The notes beneath the pieces are model-generated. The model worked only from the letters and a program-made list of their open reading frames with translations. It ran no database searches and was not told the DNA's origin. This document shows, in pieces, positions 1 to 12,419 of a DNA stretch of 64,000 bases. Source of the DNA: Chiloscyllium plagiosum (taxonomy: Eukaryota); NCBI RefSeq assembly GCF_004010195.1, contig NC_057719.1:91195337-91259336 (forward strand), written 5' to 3'. Within the stretch, counting starts at the first letter, position 1. Each line of letters opens with the position of its first letter. A program made the translations under genes and the position numbers.

Positions 1-215
1 CTCTTGCCTTGAAGCTTACTTTTCCAGGCCACACATCCTAAGTCATGCCTCACAGCATCATAATTTCCCTGCCCCCATCTATAACTCTTGCCCTGTAGTG
101 CACACTTGTCCCTCTCCATCACTAGAGTAAAAGTCACCGAATTGTGGTCACTGTCCCCAAAGTGCTCACCTACCTCTAATTCTAACACCTGACCTGGTTC
201 ATTACCCAGAACCAA
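1..215 (-). mobile_element. CR1 LINE endonuclease fragment (runs off the window edge)
   Basis: Reverse complement encodes DLVLGNEPGQVLELEVGEHFGDSDHNSV, the APE endonuclease SDH motif. Confidence 0.8.
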
Positions 216-744
216 ATCGATTGTATTATCGACCCCCTAATAATCAGCAGGAAATCTCACTTCTCTGTAAGAATAATAGGGTGGTTTTGACAGGGGATTT
301 TAGCTTTCCAAACAAACATTGGGACTGGCATAGTTTTAAGGGTTCAGATGGAGAGGAATTTGTTGAGTGTACAAGATGATTTTCTGATTCAATATGTGGA
401 TGTACCGACAAGAGAAGCTGTTAAACTTGACCTACTCTTGGGAAATAAGGCAGGGCAGGTGACTGAGGTGTCAGTGGGGGAGCACTTTGTGGCCAGTGAC
501 CATAATTCTATTAGTTTTAAAGTAGTGATGTAAAAGGATGGACCAAATCTAAAAGTGGAAGTTCTAAATTGGAGGAAGACCAATTTTGACAATAATAGGC
601 AAGAACTTTCAAAAGTTGATTGGGGGAAGACGTTCACAAGTAAAAGTACGGCTGCAAAATAAAAACCCTTCTAAAATTCGAATTTAGAATGAATTTAACA
701 ATCAAGTTTACAATTACTGTCCAAAAGCAGTATTCTTAGATATT

Positions 745-1097
745 TGTAGAATCCCTACAGTGTGGAAACAGGCCCTTTGGCCCAACACGTCCACACCAAC
801 CCTCCAAAGAGTAACCCACCCAGACCCAACTCCCCTACCTTATTATCCTATATTTACCCCTTTTAAAGGCATCTAACCTACACACCCCTGAACACTGTGG
901 GCAATTTAGCATGACCAATTCATCCAACCTGCACATCTTTGGATTGCGGGAGGAAACCGGAGCATCTGCAAGAAACCCACGCAGACACAGGGAGAGTGTG
1001 CAAACTCCACACAGACAGTAGCCCAAGGTTGGAACCTAACCTGGGTCCCTGGTGCTGTGAGGCGGCAGTGCTAACCACTGAGCCACCGTGCCGCCCA
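745..1097 (-). mobile_element. HE1/V-type tRNA-derived SINE
   Basis: Reverse complement starts gggcggcacggtggctcagtggttagcactgc (A box), then the V-domain gggtttc..cc..gtgctccggtttcctccc and a CR1-like tail. Confidence 0.9.
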
Positions 1098-1832
1098 GCA
1101 TGTTCCCGTTAGATTGAAAGGCAAGATAGGTAGGTGTAGGGAATGCTGGATGAAATTGAGGTTCAGGTTAAGAAAAAGGAAGCATATGTTAAGTACAGAC
1201 AGCAGAGATTGAGTAAATCCTTAGAAGAGTGTAAGGCAGTAGGAGTATACTAAAGAGGGAAATCAAGAGGACAAAGATGGGACATGAGATAGCTTTGGCA
1301 AACAAAGGAGAATCCAAGGGGATTTTATAAATATATTAAGGATAACAGGGCAACCAGGTAGTGAACAGAGCCCATCAAAAGCAGCCTATGTGTGGAGCCG
1401 CATGAGATGGGGGAAGATACTAAACGAGTACTTTGCATCAGTGTTTACTGCGGAGAAGGACATGGAAGATAGAATGTGGGGAAATAGATGGTGATATCTT
1501 GAAAAACGTCCATATTACAGAAGAGATGGTGCTGGCTAACTTATAACGCATGAAAGTGGATAAATCCCCAGGACCTGATCTCTGTGGAAAGCGAGGGAAG
1601 TGATTGCTGGGCCTCTTGCTGAGATATTTGGATCATCGATAGTCACAGATGAGGTGCCAGAAGACTGGAGGTTGGCTAACATGGTGCCACTATTTAAGAA
1701 AGGTGGTAAGGACAAGCCAGGGAACTATAGACCAGTGAGCCTGACGTCAGTGGTGGGTAAGTTGTTGGAGGGAATCCTGAGGGACAGGATATACATGGTT
1801 GGAAAGGCAAGGACTGGTTAGGGATAGTCAAC

Positions 1833-2157
1833 GGTGGCGGCACGGTGGCACAGTGGTTAGCGCTGCTGCCTCACAGCGCCAGAGACCCGGGTTCAATTCC
1901 CGCCTCAGGCGACTGACTGTGTGGACTTTGCACGTTCTCCTCGTGTCTGCGTGGGTTTCCTCCGGGTGCTCCGGTTTCCTCCCACAGTCCAAAGATGTGC
2001 AGGTCAGGTGAATTGGCCATGCTAAATTGTCTATAGTGTCAGGTAAGGGGTAAATGTAGGGGTATGGGTGGTTTGCGCTTCGGCGGGTCGGTGTGGACTT
2101 GTTGGGCCGAAGGGCCTGTTTCCACACTGTAAAGTAATCTAATCTAATCTAATCTAA
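1833..2157 (+). mobile_element. Young full-length HE1/V-type SINE inserted in CR1 RT
   Basis: A and B boxes (tggcacagtgg; ggttcaattcc) and an (aatct)n tail. It splits the CR1 sequence gatagtcaac|atggcttt with an 'aac' duplication. Confidence 0.93.
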
Positions 2158-3899
2158 AACATGGCTTTGTACGTGGGAAATCATGTCTCACGAACTTGAT
2201 TGAGCTTTTTTGAAAAAGTAACAAAGAGGATTGATGTGGGCAGAGCAGTGGACGTGATCTACATGGGCTTCAATAAGGCGTTCAACAAAGTTCCCCTTGG
2301 TAGACTGGTTAGCAAGGTTAGATCTCATGGAATAAAGGGAGGACTAGCCATTTGGATACAGAACTGGCTCAAAGGTAGAAGACAGAGGGTGGTGGAAGAC
2401 AGTTGCTTTTCAGACTGGAGGCCTGTGGCCAGTGGTGTGCCAGAAGGATCGGTGCCAGGTACACTGCTTTGAACATAGGAGATTTACTTGTGACACCAAA
2501 ATTGGAGGTGTAGTGGTCAGCGAAGAAGGTTACCTCAGAGTACAAGAGGATCTTGAGCAAACGGGCCAAATGGCCGAGGAGTGGCAGATGGAGTTTAATT
2601 TAGATAAATGTGTGAGGTGCTGCATTTTGGAAAGGCAAATCAGAGCAGGACTCATACACTTAATGGTAGGGGCCTGGGGAGTGTTGTTGTAACAAAGAGG
2701 CCTTGGAGTGCAAGTTCATAGTTTCTTTAAAGTAGAGTCGCAAGTAGATAGGATAGTGAAGGCAGCACGTATGTGAAGTACGCTTTCGTTTATTGGTCAG
2801 AGCACTGAGTATAGAGCTTGAAGGTCATGTTGCAACTGTACAGGACATTGGTTGGACCACTTTTGGAATATTGTGAGCAATTCTGGTCTCTCTCCTATCA
2901 GAAGGATGTTATGAAACTTGAAAGGGTACAGAAAAGATTCACAAGCATGTTGCCAGGATTGGAGGATTTGAGCTATAGGGAGAGGCTGAGTAGGTTGGGG
3001 TTGTCTTCTCTGGAGCTTCGAAGGCTGACCTTATAGAGGTTTATAAAATCATGAGAGGCATGGATAGAGTAAATAGACAAGGTAGTTTTCCTGGCATGGG
3101 GGAGCCCAGAACTACAGGGCATAGGTTTAAGGAGCGAGGGGAAAAATTTAAAAGGGACCTGGGGGCAACTTTCTCATGCAGAGGGTGGTACATGTATGGA
3201 ATGAGCTGCCTGAGGAAATGGAGGAGGCTGGTACAATTACATTTAAAAGGCATCTGGATGGGTATATTCATAGGAAAGGTTTAAAGGGATATGGGCCAAG
3301 TGCTGGCAAATGGGACCAGATTAGGTTAGAATACCTGGTCCAAATGGACAAGTTGGACTGAAAGGTCTGTTTCTGTGCTGTACATATTTACATGGCATTT
3401 TTCATCCACCTTTTATTCTAAATTAGAACTGGATCTGAGTTTAAAAAGGATTTCAAAAAGGATAATCACACAGCAAAAATCACAAGAGATCAAAGTACAG
3501 CACATGAGGGCCCCACCTCACATCTGAATAGGTCTTCATTCGATACACCGAATGCCCGAGTTCTCTGTTACAACCTTTGCTTCTGATTTTAAAAAAAGAC
3601 TGCCCAGATGTGTCTCTTTCAAAATGGCAACTTAGGTCTGATTCATGTGGTAAGACCATCCAGAATAGGTGGTTGATTCAATCACCCCCCCAGATGCCCA
3701 CTTTCAAGATGGCACTAACATAAAATAATTGGTCCATTTAATATATTCCTGTGTATTTCTGCATATTTAAACAGGATAAGAACAAGAAACATTAAATAAA
3801 TGGAGAGCTCAATAGACAGTGCAGGAAAGCATACTAGGAGCAGCAGCAGCCATAGCTGAAAATAAGGGGTCATCTGGTGAAGCCATCAAACAGGACTAA

Positions 3900-5690
3900 C
3901 TACATACCAAACAGCATAAGTAGCAAGTGATAGGCACAGGTAAGTGATCCTACAAACAACAGATCAGATGTAAGCTCTTCAGTCCTACCACATCCAGTCA
4001 TGAACAAATCAACAACTCACTGAATGAGAAGGCTCCAATGAGAAGGCTTCTCACTGAATGAGAAGGCTCCACTTCCTCAATGGTGGAAGAGCTCAACACA
4101 TCAGTGCAAAAAGGTAAAGCTGAAGTATTCGCAGCAATCTTCAGCCAGAAGTGTTAATAGCGTCACAGATGAGTCTTCAACCAATTCAATTCACTCCACG
4201 TGGTATCAAGAAACGGTTGGAGGCACTGGACACTGTGAAGACTATGGACTCTGACAATATTCTGACAATGGCACTGAAGGCCTGTGTTTCAGAACTTTCT
4301 GTTCCCTTGGCCATGTTCTTCCAGTCATTACTAAACTGACATCTATCAGACAATTGCCAGATAGGCTCTGTACTCAAAAACAGGACAAATCCAACCTGAC
4401 CAATTACTAACCCATCAGTTTACTCTCAATCATCAGTAAAGTGATGGAAGGTATCATCAACAGTGCTATCAAGCAGCACCTGCTCAGCAACAACCTCTCT
4501 GCGATGCCCAGTTTGGGTTCTGCCAGAGCTACTCAGCTCCTGACCGCATTACAGCCTTGATTCAAACATGGACAAAAGAGCCGAATTCCAGAAGTGAGGT
4601 GAGAATGACAGCCCTTGAAAGCAAGGATACTTTCAACCAAGTATGGCATCAAGGAAGCCTAGCAAACTCAAATCAATGAGTATCGGGGCAACTCTTCACT
4701 GGTTGGAATCATACTTGGCAGATACTAAGATTGTCGTGGTTGCTGGAGGTCAGTCATCTCAGCTTGGGTTTCTTAGTATGATGTCACAAGCACAACCATC
4801 TTCAGCTTCTTCATCAATGATCTTCCCAACAGCTTAAGATCAGAAGTGGGGATGTTTGCTAATGATTGCACAGTTTTCAGCACCATTCCTAACTCCTCAG
4901 ATACTGAAACAGTCCATCTTCAAATGCATCAAGATCTGGACAATATCCAGGCTTGGCCAGAAAAATGCCAGACAATGAATATCTCCAATTAGAGACGATC
5001 TAGCCACTGCCTCTTGAGATTCAATGCTGTTATGACCACTGAATCCTCCATTATCAACATCCTTAGGGTTACCATTGACCAGAAACTCAACTAGACTCGT
5101 CATATAAACACAGTGGCCACAAGAGCAGATCAGAGGCGAGGAATACTGCAGCATGTAACTCATCTCCTTACTCTCCAGAGCTTTTCCATCATCTACAAGG
5201 CACAAGTCAGAAGTGTGTTGGAATATTGCCCACTTGCCTGCGTGCAGCTGCATTAACACTCAAGCAGCTTGACACAAATCAGGACAAAGCAGCCTGCTTG
5301 ATTAGTACCAGATCCACTCTCTCTATAATCTATGCTCAGTATTATCTACAAGATGCATTGTGGAAATTCAAAGATCCTTAAACAGCACCTTCCAACCCAC
5401 GACCATTTCCATCCTGGAAGCACAAGGACAGCAGATATATGGGGACATCAGCTCCAAGTTTCCCTCCAAGCTACTCACCACCCTGAATTGGAAATATGTC
5501 ATTATTCTTTCACAGTTGCTGGATCCTGGAATTCTCCACCTAAGAGCATTCATTGTTGGTTAAACCTCAGCACATGGACCGCACTGCTTCAAGACAACTC
5601 ACCACCACCTTCTCAAAAGATGACTAGGAATGGGCAATAAATGTTGACCCAGCCAGGGTCGCCCACATCCCATGAGTGAATTTAAAAAAA
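3900..5690 (+). mobile_element. Old CR1/L2-group LINE (RT and 3' end)
   Basis: Decayed RT: KQDKSNLTNY*PISLLSIISKVMEG, DAQFGF, MFANDC. Ends gggcaataaatg...cccacatcccatg followed by an A-tail. Confidence 0.75.
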
Positions 5691-5942
5691 CCTTTAGCAG
5701 TTCATTGATGCAGCTGTACAAGTAAATATTAACATGGTATAATAGAACATTACATCTCCACTTATTCATTTTTTTTAGTTGAAGGGATAGGAGGTAGAGC
5801 ATTTCCACTATATGATATGGGTATCAAATTTGTGATGATAGGCTTCATGAATAGTTTACACATTCGTTACACAGCATACAAAGGAAGCTTGCTCACGGCA
5901 AGTTCCTAATCTCAGTTGAACTCAGGAGAAGACATGGATCTA

Positions 5943-6254
<312 letters not shown>

Positions 6255-6974
6255 TTAATCCAATTAACCATGCTAAGGTCATAAATATCAGCTACAGTAT
6301 CTTCGGTACATCAATTAATTACAGGTGACAGCCAATTAATAACTCAAGATCAGCAACAAAAAGAAAGCTGCTTATGCACCATGGTTTTATAATGTTAGTC
6401 AGTGACTCTTTTATTTAGTATCTCACGATAAAAGGTTTCACAGCAATGGCTCACAAGGTAGCATTCGTAAATCCCATTCAGAAAATTTGTAGATTCAAGC
6501 TACACACCAGGAACCCAAGGTCTGAAGGCTGACACTGCTAGGCCTAGTACTGAAATGTTGCACTGATGCAGGTGATGGGTTTCAAATGCTCGATTTAACT
6601 GCTCTTTGAGGAGGCTGGAGAAGTGGGTAGCAGGTGAAAGACATTATGACACTTGTTACAAGAGGGGTGGAGTTATTCCCCCATCCAGCCCAATGTTCAT
6701 GACTCATCCATCACCATTTAAACAGTTTATTCACTGTGTATCACACCTGCACACACATACCATAGGTGCTGGGAGAAAAAAATAAGCACTACCGCAGTTA
6801 GGCGGTAGTGTGGGGGGAAAAAAAAAGTTTAAAGAGTTTATCTGGTTAAAATCACACTGCTGTTTGAGAGAACTGGCTGTAAATTGGCTGCTTTATTTCC
6901 ACATCACAACCAAGATTCACCATTACTTGTATAAGTGTGTGAACATTAATGAGCAACATTTCTTTTGGGATGCA

Positions 6975-7325
6975 CAAAACTGTTAATCATAGAATCCCTC
7001 CAGTGCGGAAGCAGGCCATTCAGCCCATCGAGTACACACCAACCCTCAGAAATGCATCCCCCCAGACCTACCCCATCCCTGTGAGAATGCATTTCCCATG
7101 GCGAATCCACTTAGTTTGTACATCCCTAGATACTATGGGGAATTTAGCATGGCCAAACCATCAATTTAGCATGGCACATCTTTGGACTGTGGGAAGAAGT
7201 CAGAGCACCTCCAGGAAACCCACACAGACATGGGGAGAATATGCAAACTCTACACAGACAGCTGCCTAAGGGTGGAATTAAACCCACAGCTGTGAGGCAA
7301 CAGTGCTAACCACTGAGCCACTGTG
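6975..7325 (-). mobile_element. Diverged HE1/V-type SINE
   Basis: Plus strand ends cagtgctaaccactgagccactgtgc (SINE head, reverse complement); V-domain remnants present. Confidence 0.8.
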
Positions 7326-7444
7326 CAGAGATTATGCAGAGTATCAGGCTAATCATGCAATCAAACAGAAATTAGATGAAATAATTACAATAGTAATCAT
7401 ACTTCAAAAAGTACTCTATTTTTTGTAAAGTGCTTGGACATCTT

Positions 7445-7740
7445 GAATCATAGAATCCCTACAGAGCAGAAGGAAGCCATTTTGCAGACTGCTATTGCAT
7501 CCCAGAAGCTGGTATTTCCCATGGCTAATCATTCCAGCCTACACATTCCTGAACACTATAGACAATTTCAGTTTGTCAATCCACTTAATCTACATATCCT
7601 TGGCCTGTGGGAGGAAACCAAAGGAAACCCAACCAGACACTGGGAGAACAAACAAATCCACACAGTTGCCAGAGGGTGGAATCAAACCCAGGTCCCTGGT
7701 GCTGTTAAGGAGCAATGCTGGCCACTGAGCTACTGTGCTC
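7445..7740 (-). mobile_element. Diverged HE1/V-type SINE
   Basis: Same layout as the neighbouring copy but more decayed. Confidence 0.7.
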
Positions 7741-7894
7741 CCAGCTTGAAGGCATGGGAGCTACTGCTCAAACAAGTCATCTGTGGGTTTTTTTTCCAAA
7801 AAATATTTTTACAGTCTCTGCTGTTTTCCCTTATCATGAGCCACTTTTTAACTCCCTCCAACTGAAAGAGCTCTTAAATATGTGCAATCTTTGA

Positions 7895-8540
7895 GATTTG
7901 CAGCTCAGGTTGAGGTTCTGGTTGTAAGTTTGCTCGCTGAGCTGGAAAGTTTGTTTTCATCATCATACTAGGTAACATCATCATTGAGCCTCCAGTGAGG
8001 TGCTGGTGGTATATCCCACTTTCTATTTATATAAATTGGTTTAAGGTGTGCAATATCGTTTCCAGTTCTTTTTCTCAGAGGATGCTAGATATGGTCCAAA
8101 TCGATGTGTATATTGATGGAGTTCTGGTTAGAATGCCAGTCCTCTAGGCATTCTCGTGCGTGTCTGTGTTTAGCTTGTCCTAGGATGGATGTGTTGTCCC
8201 AGTCAGAGTGGTGTCCTCCTTCGTCTGTATGTCATGGGAAACCAACACCATCCGACTGAGCACCATCTGCAAACAACTGTACTTCCTGCACAAATACCTC
8301 AGGAATCAGGTATTACTTAAATGTCTTAAATACAAATGACATAACACCAGTGCCAACCGGAGGCTCACTGATGATGTTACCCAGTATGGTGTGTTACAAC
8401 ATGGGGTAAACTCTCTGTTAATTTAAACCAGCTTTTCAACTCTCGAAAATACAGTACCCCTTATATCTTCATAATGGGTGACAAAACATCTGAAAACAAA
8501 CCTTCCAGCTCATCGAGCAAACTTACAACCAGAGCCCTTA
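7895..8540. mobile_element. Penelope-like element remnant with inverted pseudo-LTRs
   Basis: The minus strand encodes a GIY-YIG C-terminus (DWDNTSILGQAKHRHARECLEDWHS...SINIHIDLD). 7905-8010 is the approximate reverse complement of 8345-8535. Confidence 0.75.
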
Positions 8541-9656
8541 AATATTTTGGAAATTACAACTATTTTGCTTTTCTTTCCTCATCTGGTGGTATTAGCTTTG
8601 TAGCTTGGTGGATGGTAAATTCTTCACCTTTCTTTTTAATGGAATACCAAAAGGAAATTCAAAACAAGCTAATTGCAAAATCTTTCTTGCAATTTGGAAG
8701 AGATTTGAGCTTTTGTGAATCCGAATAATAAATAAAAGTCTAAGACATGCAGTTTTTTTTTAACCAGCTATTCCCTTTAGGGTCATAGCTTCTCCCCCAG
8801 AAATACAAGCATCAATGCATTCTAAGGAACCCAAGGCCTTCACACTAAACACCAGTTTCTTCAAGCTTCATCTTAAGTTTATTACTTTAACCACTTTCCA
8901 TATAAAAAGGCACCGCAATTTTCAAAAATTGTCCAAAAATGTAATCTGTCTTTCCATCATCAAAATGATATTCTACTCCCATTATTCTAGCCTTCTAACT
9001 ACTGTTAACCATTTCATTTTTGATATTCCTAAGCACTTTAGCTCATTTGGTGCATTCATATGATTCTTCCCTAATAGTCTAATTATATTCCTTTCCTCGC
9101 TAATGGAAAAGTCCACAGCTAACCTAACAGTACAACCCATATTTCTTTCTCTCAGGTGATTCAAACGTTTACACAGTATGTGGGTTAAGACCCAAAAGTG
9201 CCAGGTTTAGCCCCAGTCTTTGTTCATTAACGAACTCAGCTGGTTAGCAACGCAAATACTATAACTGGCTGTAGTTTAGGATTTATCTTGAGTTCTGAGA
9301 ATTACTTGAGGGTTAGAAAAGAACAGATTGCTTATATGAATATCAGCAGGTGCAAGTCTGCTGTTATTACTGGACTCTTCAACCTCAGTCTCATGAATCT
9401 TTAATCAAACCTTACTAATACAGATGGCTTCTACTGATGAAAGGCACTGAGAGACATGCAAGCCCTGCAGTAAAAATATCAGACCAACTACAAAGAATCT
9501 GATGCGATCATCAGCTAAAATGTTCTCAGCTAGCCCAACATGTGCTGATGTCGCATTTTGTGTTCTTGCTTCCACTTATATCATTGTGAAGGCAATTAAT
9601 TGAATGGAAATCATTATAGTATTTCAGTCATCGAATGAATTCTACTCTGTGCTTCA

Positions 9657-9818
<162 letters not shown>

Positions 9819-10148
9819 TTATCAGAATGCTGGAAAAACCACATCATCAGTTTTTATAATGTAAGAGAAACGGACCAGCAAAAGATAAAGCCTATTTACA
9901 AGTTATTTCACTGTTTAAGTATTCATGAAAACAAAAGCACACATTATCCTCAGCTTCATAAACTAAATTTAAAGTGGTCTTTGGTACCAACCATGCTGCA
10001 ATAATCTCATCAGTTACAGGAACTTGGAAGTTCTTCCAATAGCAAACATTAAACATAAAAAGAAAATACTGGCCAGGTTTGTCAGTTTGGAGAGCTACAG
10101 CTGCACATTTTAGGCTCCCACAGCGTCTTCCCCCAAGGCTCCAACTCA

Positions 10149-10162
10149 GTTGCTATAGAAAC
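10149..10162. promoter_or_regulatory. Candidate RFX X-box (GTTGCTATAGAAAC)
   Basis: Near-palindromic match to the RFX site GTTGCCATGGCAAC in non-repeat intronic sequence. Function unproven. Confidence 0.35.
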
Positions 10163-10762
10163 AATTTGCACCAGGATAAAGCATAATCACATCTGGCACT
10201 GCACAGTGGAATAGAGGGACCAGTGGGACAAACAAAATTCAAAAATGCAGTAAAATAATTTAAATTGGATTAAAAATGGAAATCTTTTAAAGCATAAATT
10301 AATAGCACTGGAACAGTTAAATAATTTTATTGAAACAAATACATTTCAGTTTTACAAATTTCCCATTCTATTTACTTATTTAACTCAAACAAATGTTGTA
10401 AATGTAGATAGTGCAGATAAATTAGGAATAGAGGCACTAGCATCACCAACTAGCAAGCATGTCATATTTTTCCTTTGGTTAGTTTACAAATTTAACCATG
10501 AGACGTGACTTGGGGTACAAGAGAACCTTCATCCGGGTGCATTTTCATTCAATTCATAAACAACTTAAATTTATTTAGCATGGATAAGCACATGGATGAT
10601 GATGAGATAGTGTAGGGGGACGAGCTGAGAATTGTTCACAGGTTGACGCAACATTGAGGGCCGAAGGCCCTGCTCTGCGCTGTATTGTTCTAAGTCAACG
10701 TAATAATATCATAAATCTTGAATAATCAGTTATTGATGGCTATCTTGACTGATACATGATTA

Positions 10763-12061
10763 CAGGAGAAAGTGAGGACTGCAGATGCTGGAAATCAGAG
10801 TCAAGAGTGTGTTACTGGAAAAGCACAGCCAGTCAGGCACTATCCAAGGAGCAGGAGAATCAATGTTTCGGGCATAAGCCTTTCATCAGGAATGAGGCTT
10901 GTGGGCCGGGACTGAGAGATAAATGAGAGGGGGGTGGGGTTTGGGGGAGGTAGCTGGAAAAACGATAGGTGGATGAAGGTGAGGGAGAAGGTGATAGGTC
11001 ACGGGGGCAGTGATGGACTGGTCCGGAGGGTGGTGTTGAGTTGGAGGCTTGGGACTGGGATAGTGTGAGGGGAGGGGAAATGAGGAAGCTGTTGAAATCC
11101 ACATTTATCCTGTGTGGCTGCATAGTCCCAAGGCGTAACACGAGGCGTTCCTCCTCCAGGCGTCGGGTGGTAATGGTTTGGTGGTCGAGGCGGCCCAGGA
11201 CCTGCATGTCCTTGACGGAGTAGGAGGGGGAGTTGAAGTATTCAGCCATGGGGCGGTGGGGTTGGTGGGTGGGTGTCCCAGAGATATTCTCTGAAACGAT
11301 CGGCAAGAAGGCATCCTGTCTCCCCAATGTACAGGAGTCCACATCAGGAGCAACAGATGCAGTAGATGATATTGGGAGAGATGCAAGTGAATTTCTGACG
11401 GATGTGGAAGGATCCCTTGAGGTTAGACGGAGGTGAGGGGAGTGGCGTGGGCGCAGGTTTTGCACTTTCTGCGGTGGCAGGGAAAGATGCCAGTTGTGGG
11501 GTATGGGTTGATGGGGGATGTGGATCTGATGGTGGAGTCACGGAGGAAATGGTCTTTTCGGAACGCTGATAGGGCTGGGGAGGAAAATATATCTCTGATG
11601 GTGGGATCCATTTGGAGGTGGTGGAAGTGGCGGAGGATGATGTGTTGTTGGACAGGGGTGAGGGGAATGGTGTGGGCGCAGGTTTTGCGCTTCCTGCGGC
11701 ACTGGACGGAGGTGAGGGGAGTGGTGGTGTGACCTTGGGACCCTGCAACCACACAGGATAAATGTGGATTTCAACAGCTTCCTCATTTCCCCTACCCTGA
11801 CACTATCCCAGTCCCAAGCTTCCAACTCAGCACTGCCCTCCAGACCCGTCCATCACTGCCCCCTCTGACCCATCACCTTCTCCCTCACCTTCATCCACCT
11901 ATTGCTTTTCCAGCTACCTCCCCCCAACCCTACCCCCTTCCCATTTATCTCTCAGCCCTGACCCACATTCCTGAATAAGGGCTTGTGCCCGAAAGGTCGA
12001 TTCTCCTGCTCCTTGGATGCTGGCTGACCTGCTGTGCTTTTCCAGCACCACACACTTGACT
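10763..12061. mobile_element. Penelope-like retroelement with inverted arms and a perfect 14-bp TSD
   Basis: TSD ctgatacatgatta at 10749-10762 and 12062-12075. GIY-YIG remnants (QKFTCISPNIIYCICCS; RRLEEERLVLRLGTMQPHRINVDF). 11733-12061 is inverted relative to about 10790-11133. Confidence 0.9.
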
Positions 12062-12419
12062 CTGATACATGATTATGTAGGTACCATGAAGTAGTTCTGT
12101 GGCTGTGCAAGACTTGTCTGTTCCCAAAGTTTCTATGGTGCTTCACAGTAGGATTATCTAACAAAATATGATGCCAATGTGTTCAGCAGACCCTCGACTT
12201 GACAATTACATCTACTCAGGGTCATTAGCATGTGTCCTGAGGGAATAGACCAACTCTCAACCCACAAACCTTTGAGCACACAGGAGGAATGTCCCATTGG
12301 ATGTCAAGACCTGGAATGCACAATTTGCTTCCTTTCCTTCTTTTCCACCGCAGTAACACCTCATTATTAAGTCCTTTGGACTCAAAGCTTGATTCAACTT
12401 GAGGCTTGACTCAAAGCTT

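Larger units (their letters stand above)
225..3390 (+). mobile_element. Decayed CR1 (HER1-like) LINE ORF2 plus 3' UTR, interrupted by two SINEs
   Basis: EN motif SDHNSISF; RT motifs PGNYRPVSLTS, VDVIYM.F.KAF.KVP and QFWS...ERVQKRFT; typical 3' tail. Confidence 0.9.

Noticed and set aside
4015..4072. Short tandem duplication ctcactgaatgagaaggctcc
   Set aside because: Local slippage inside a dead LINE; no regular repeat-spacer structure, so not CRISPR-like.
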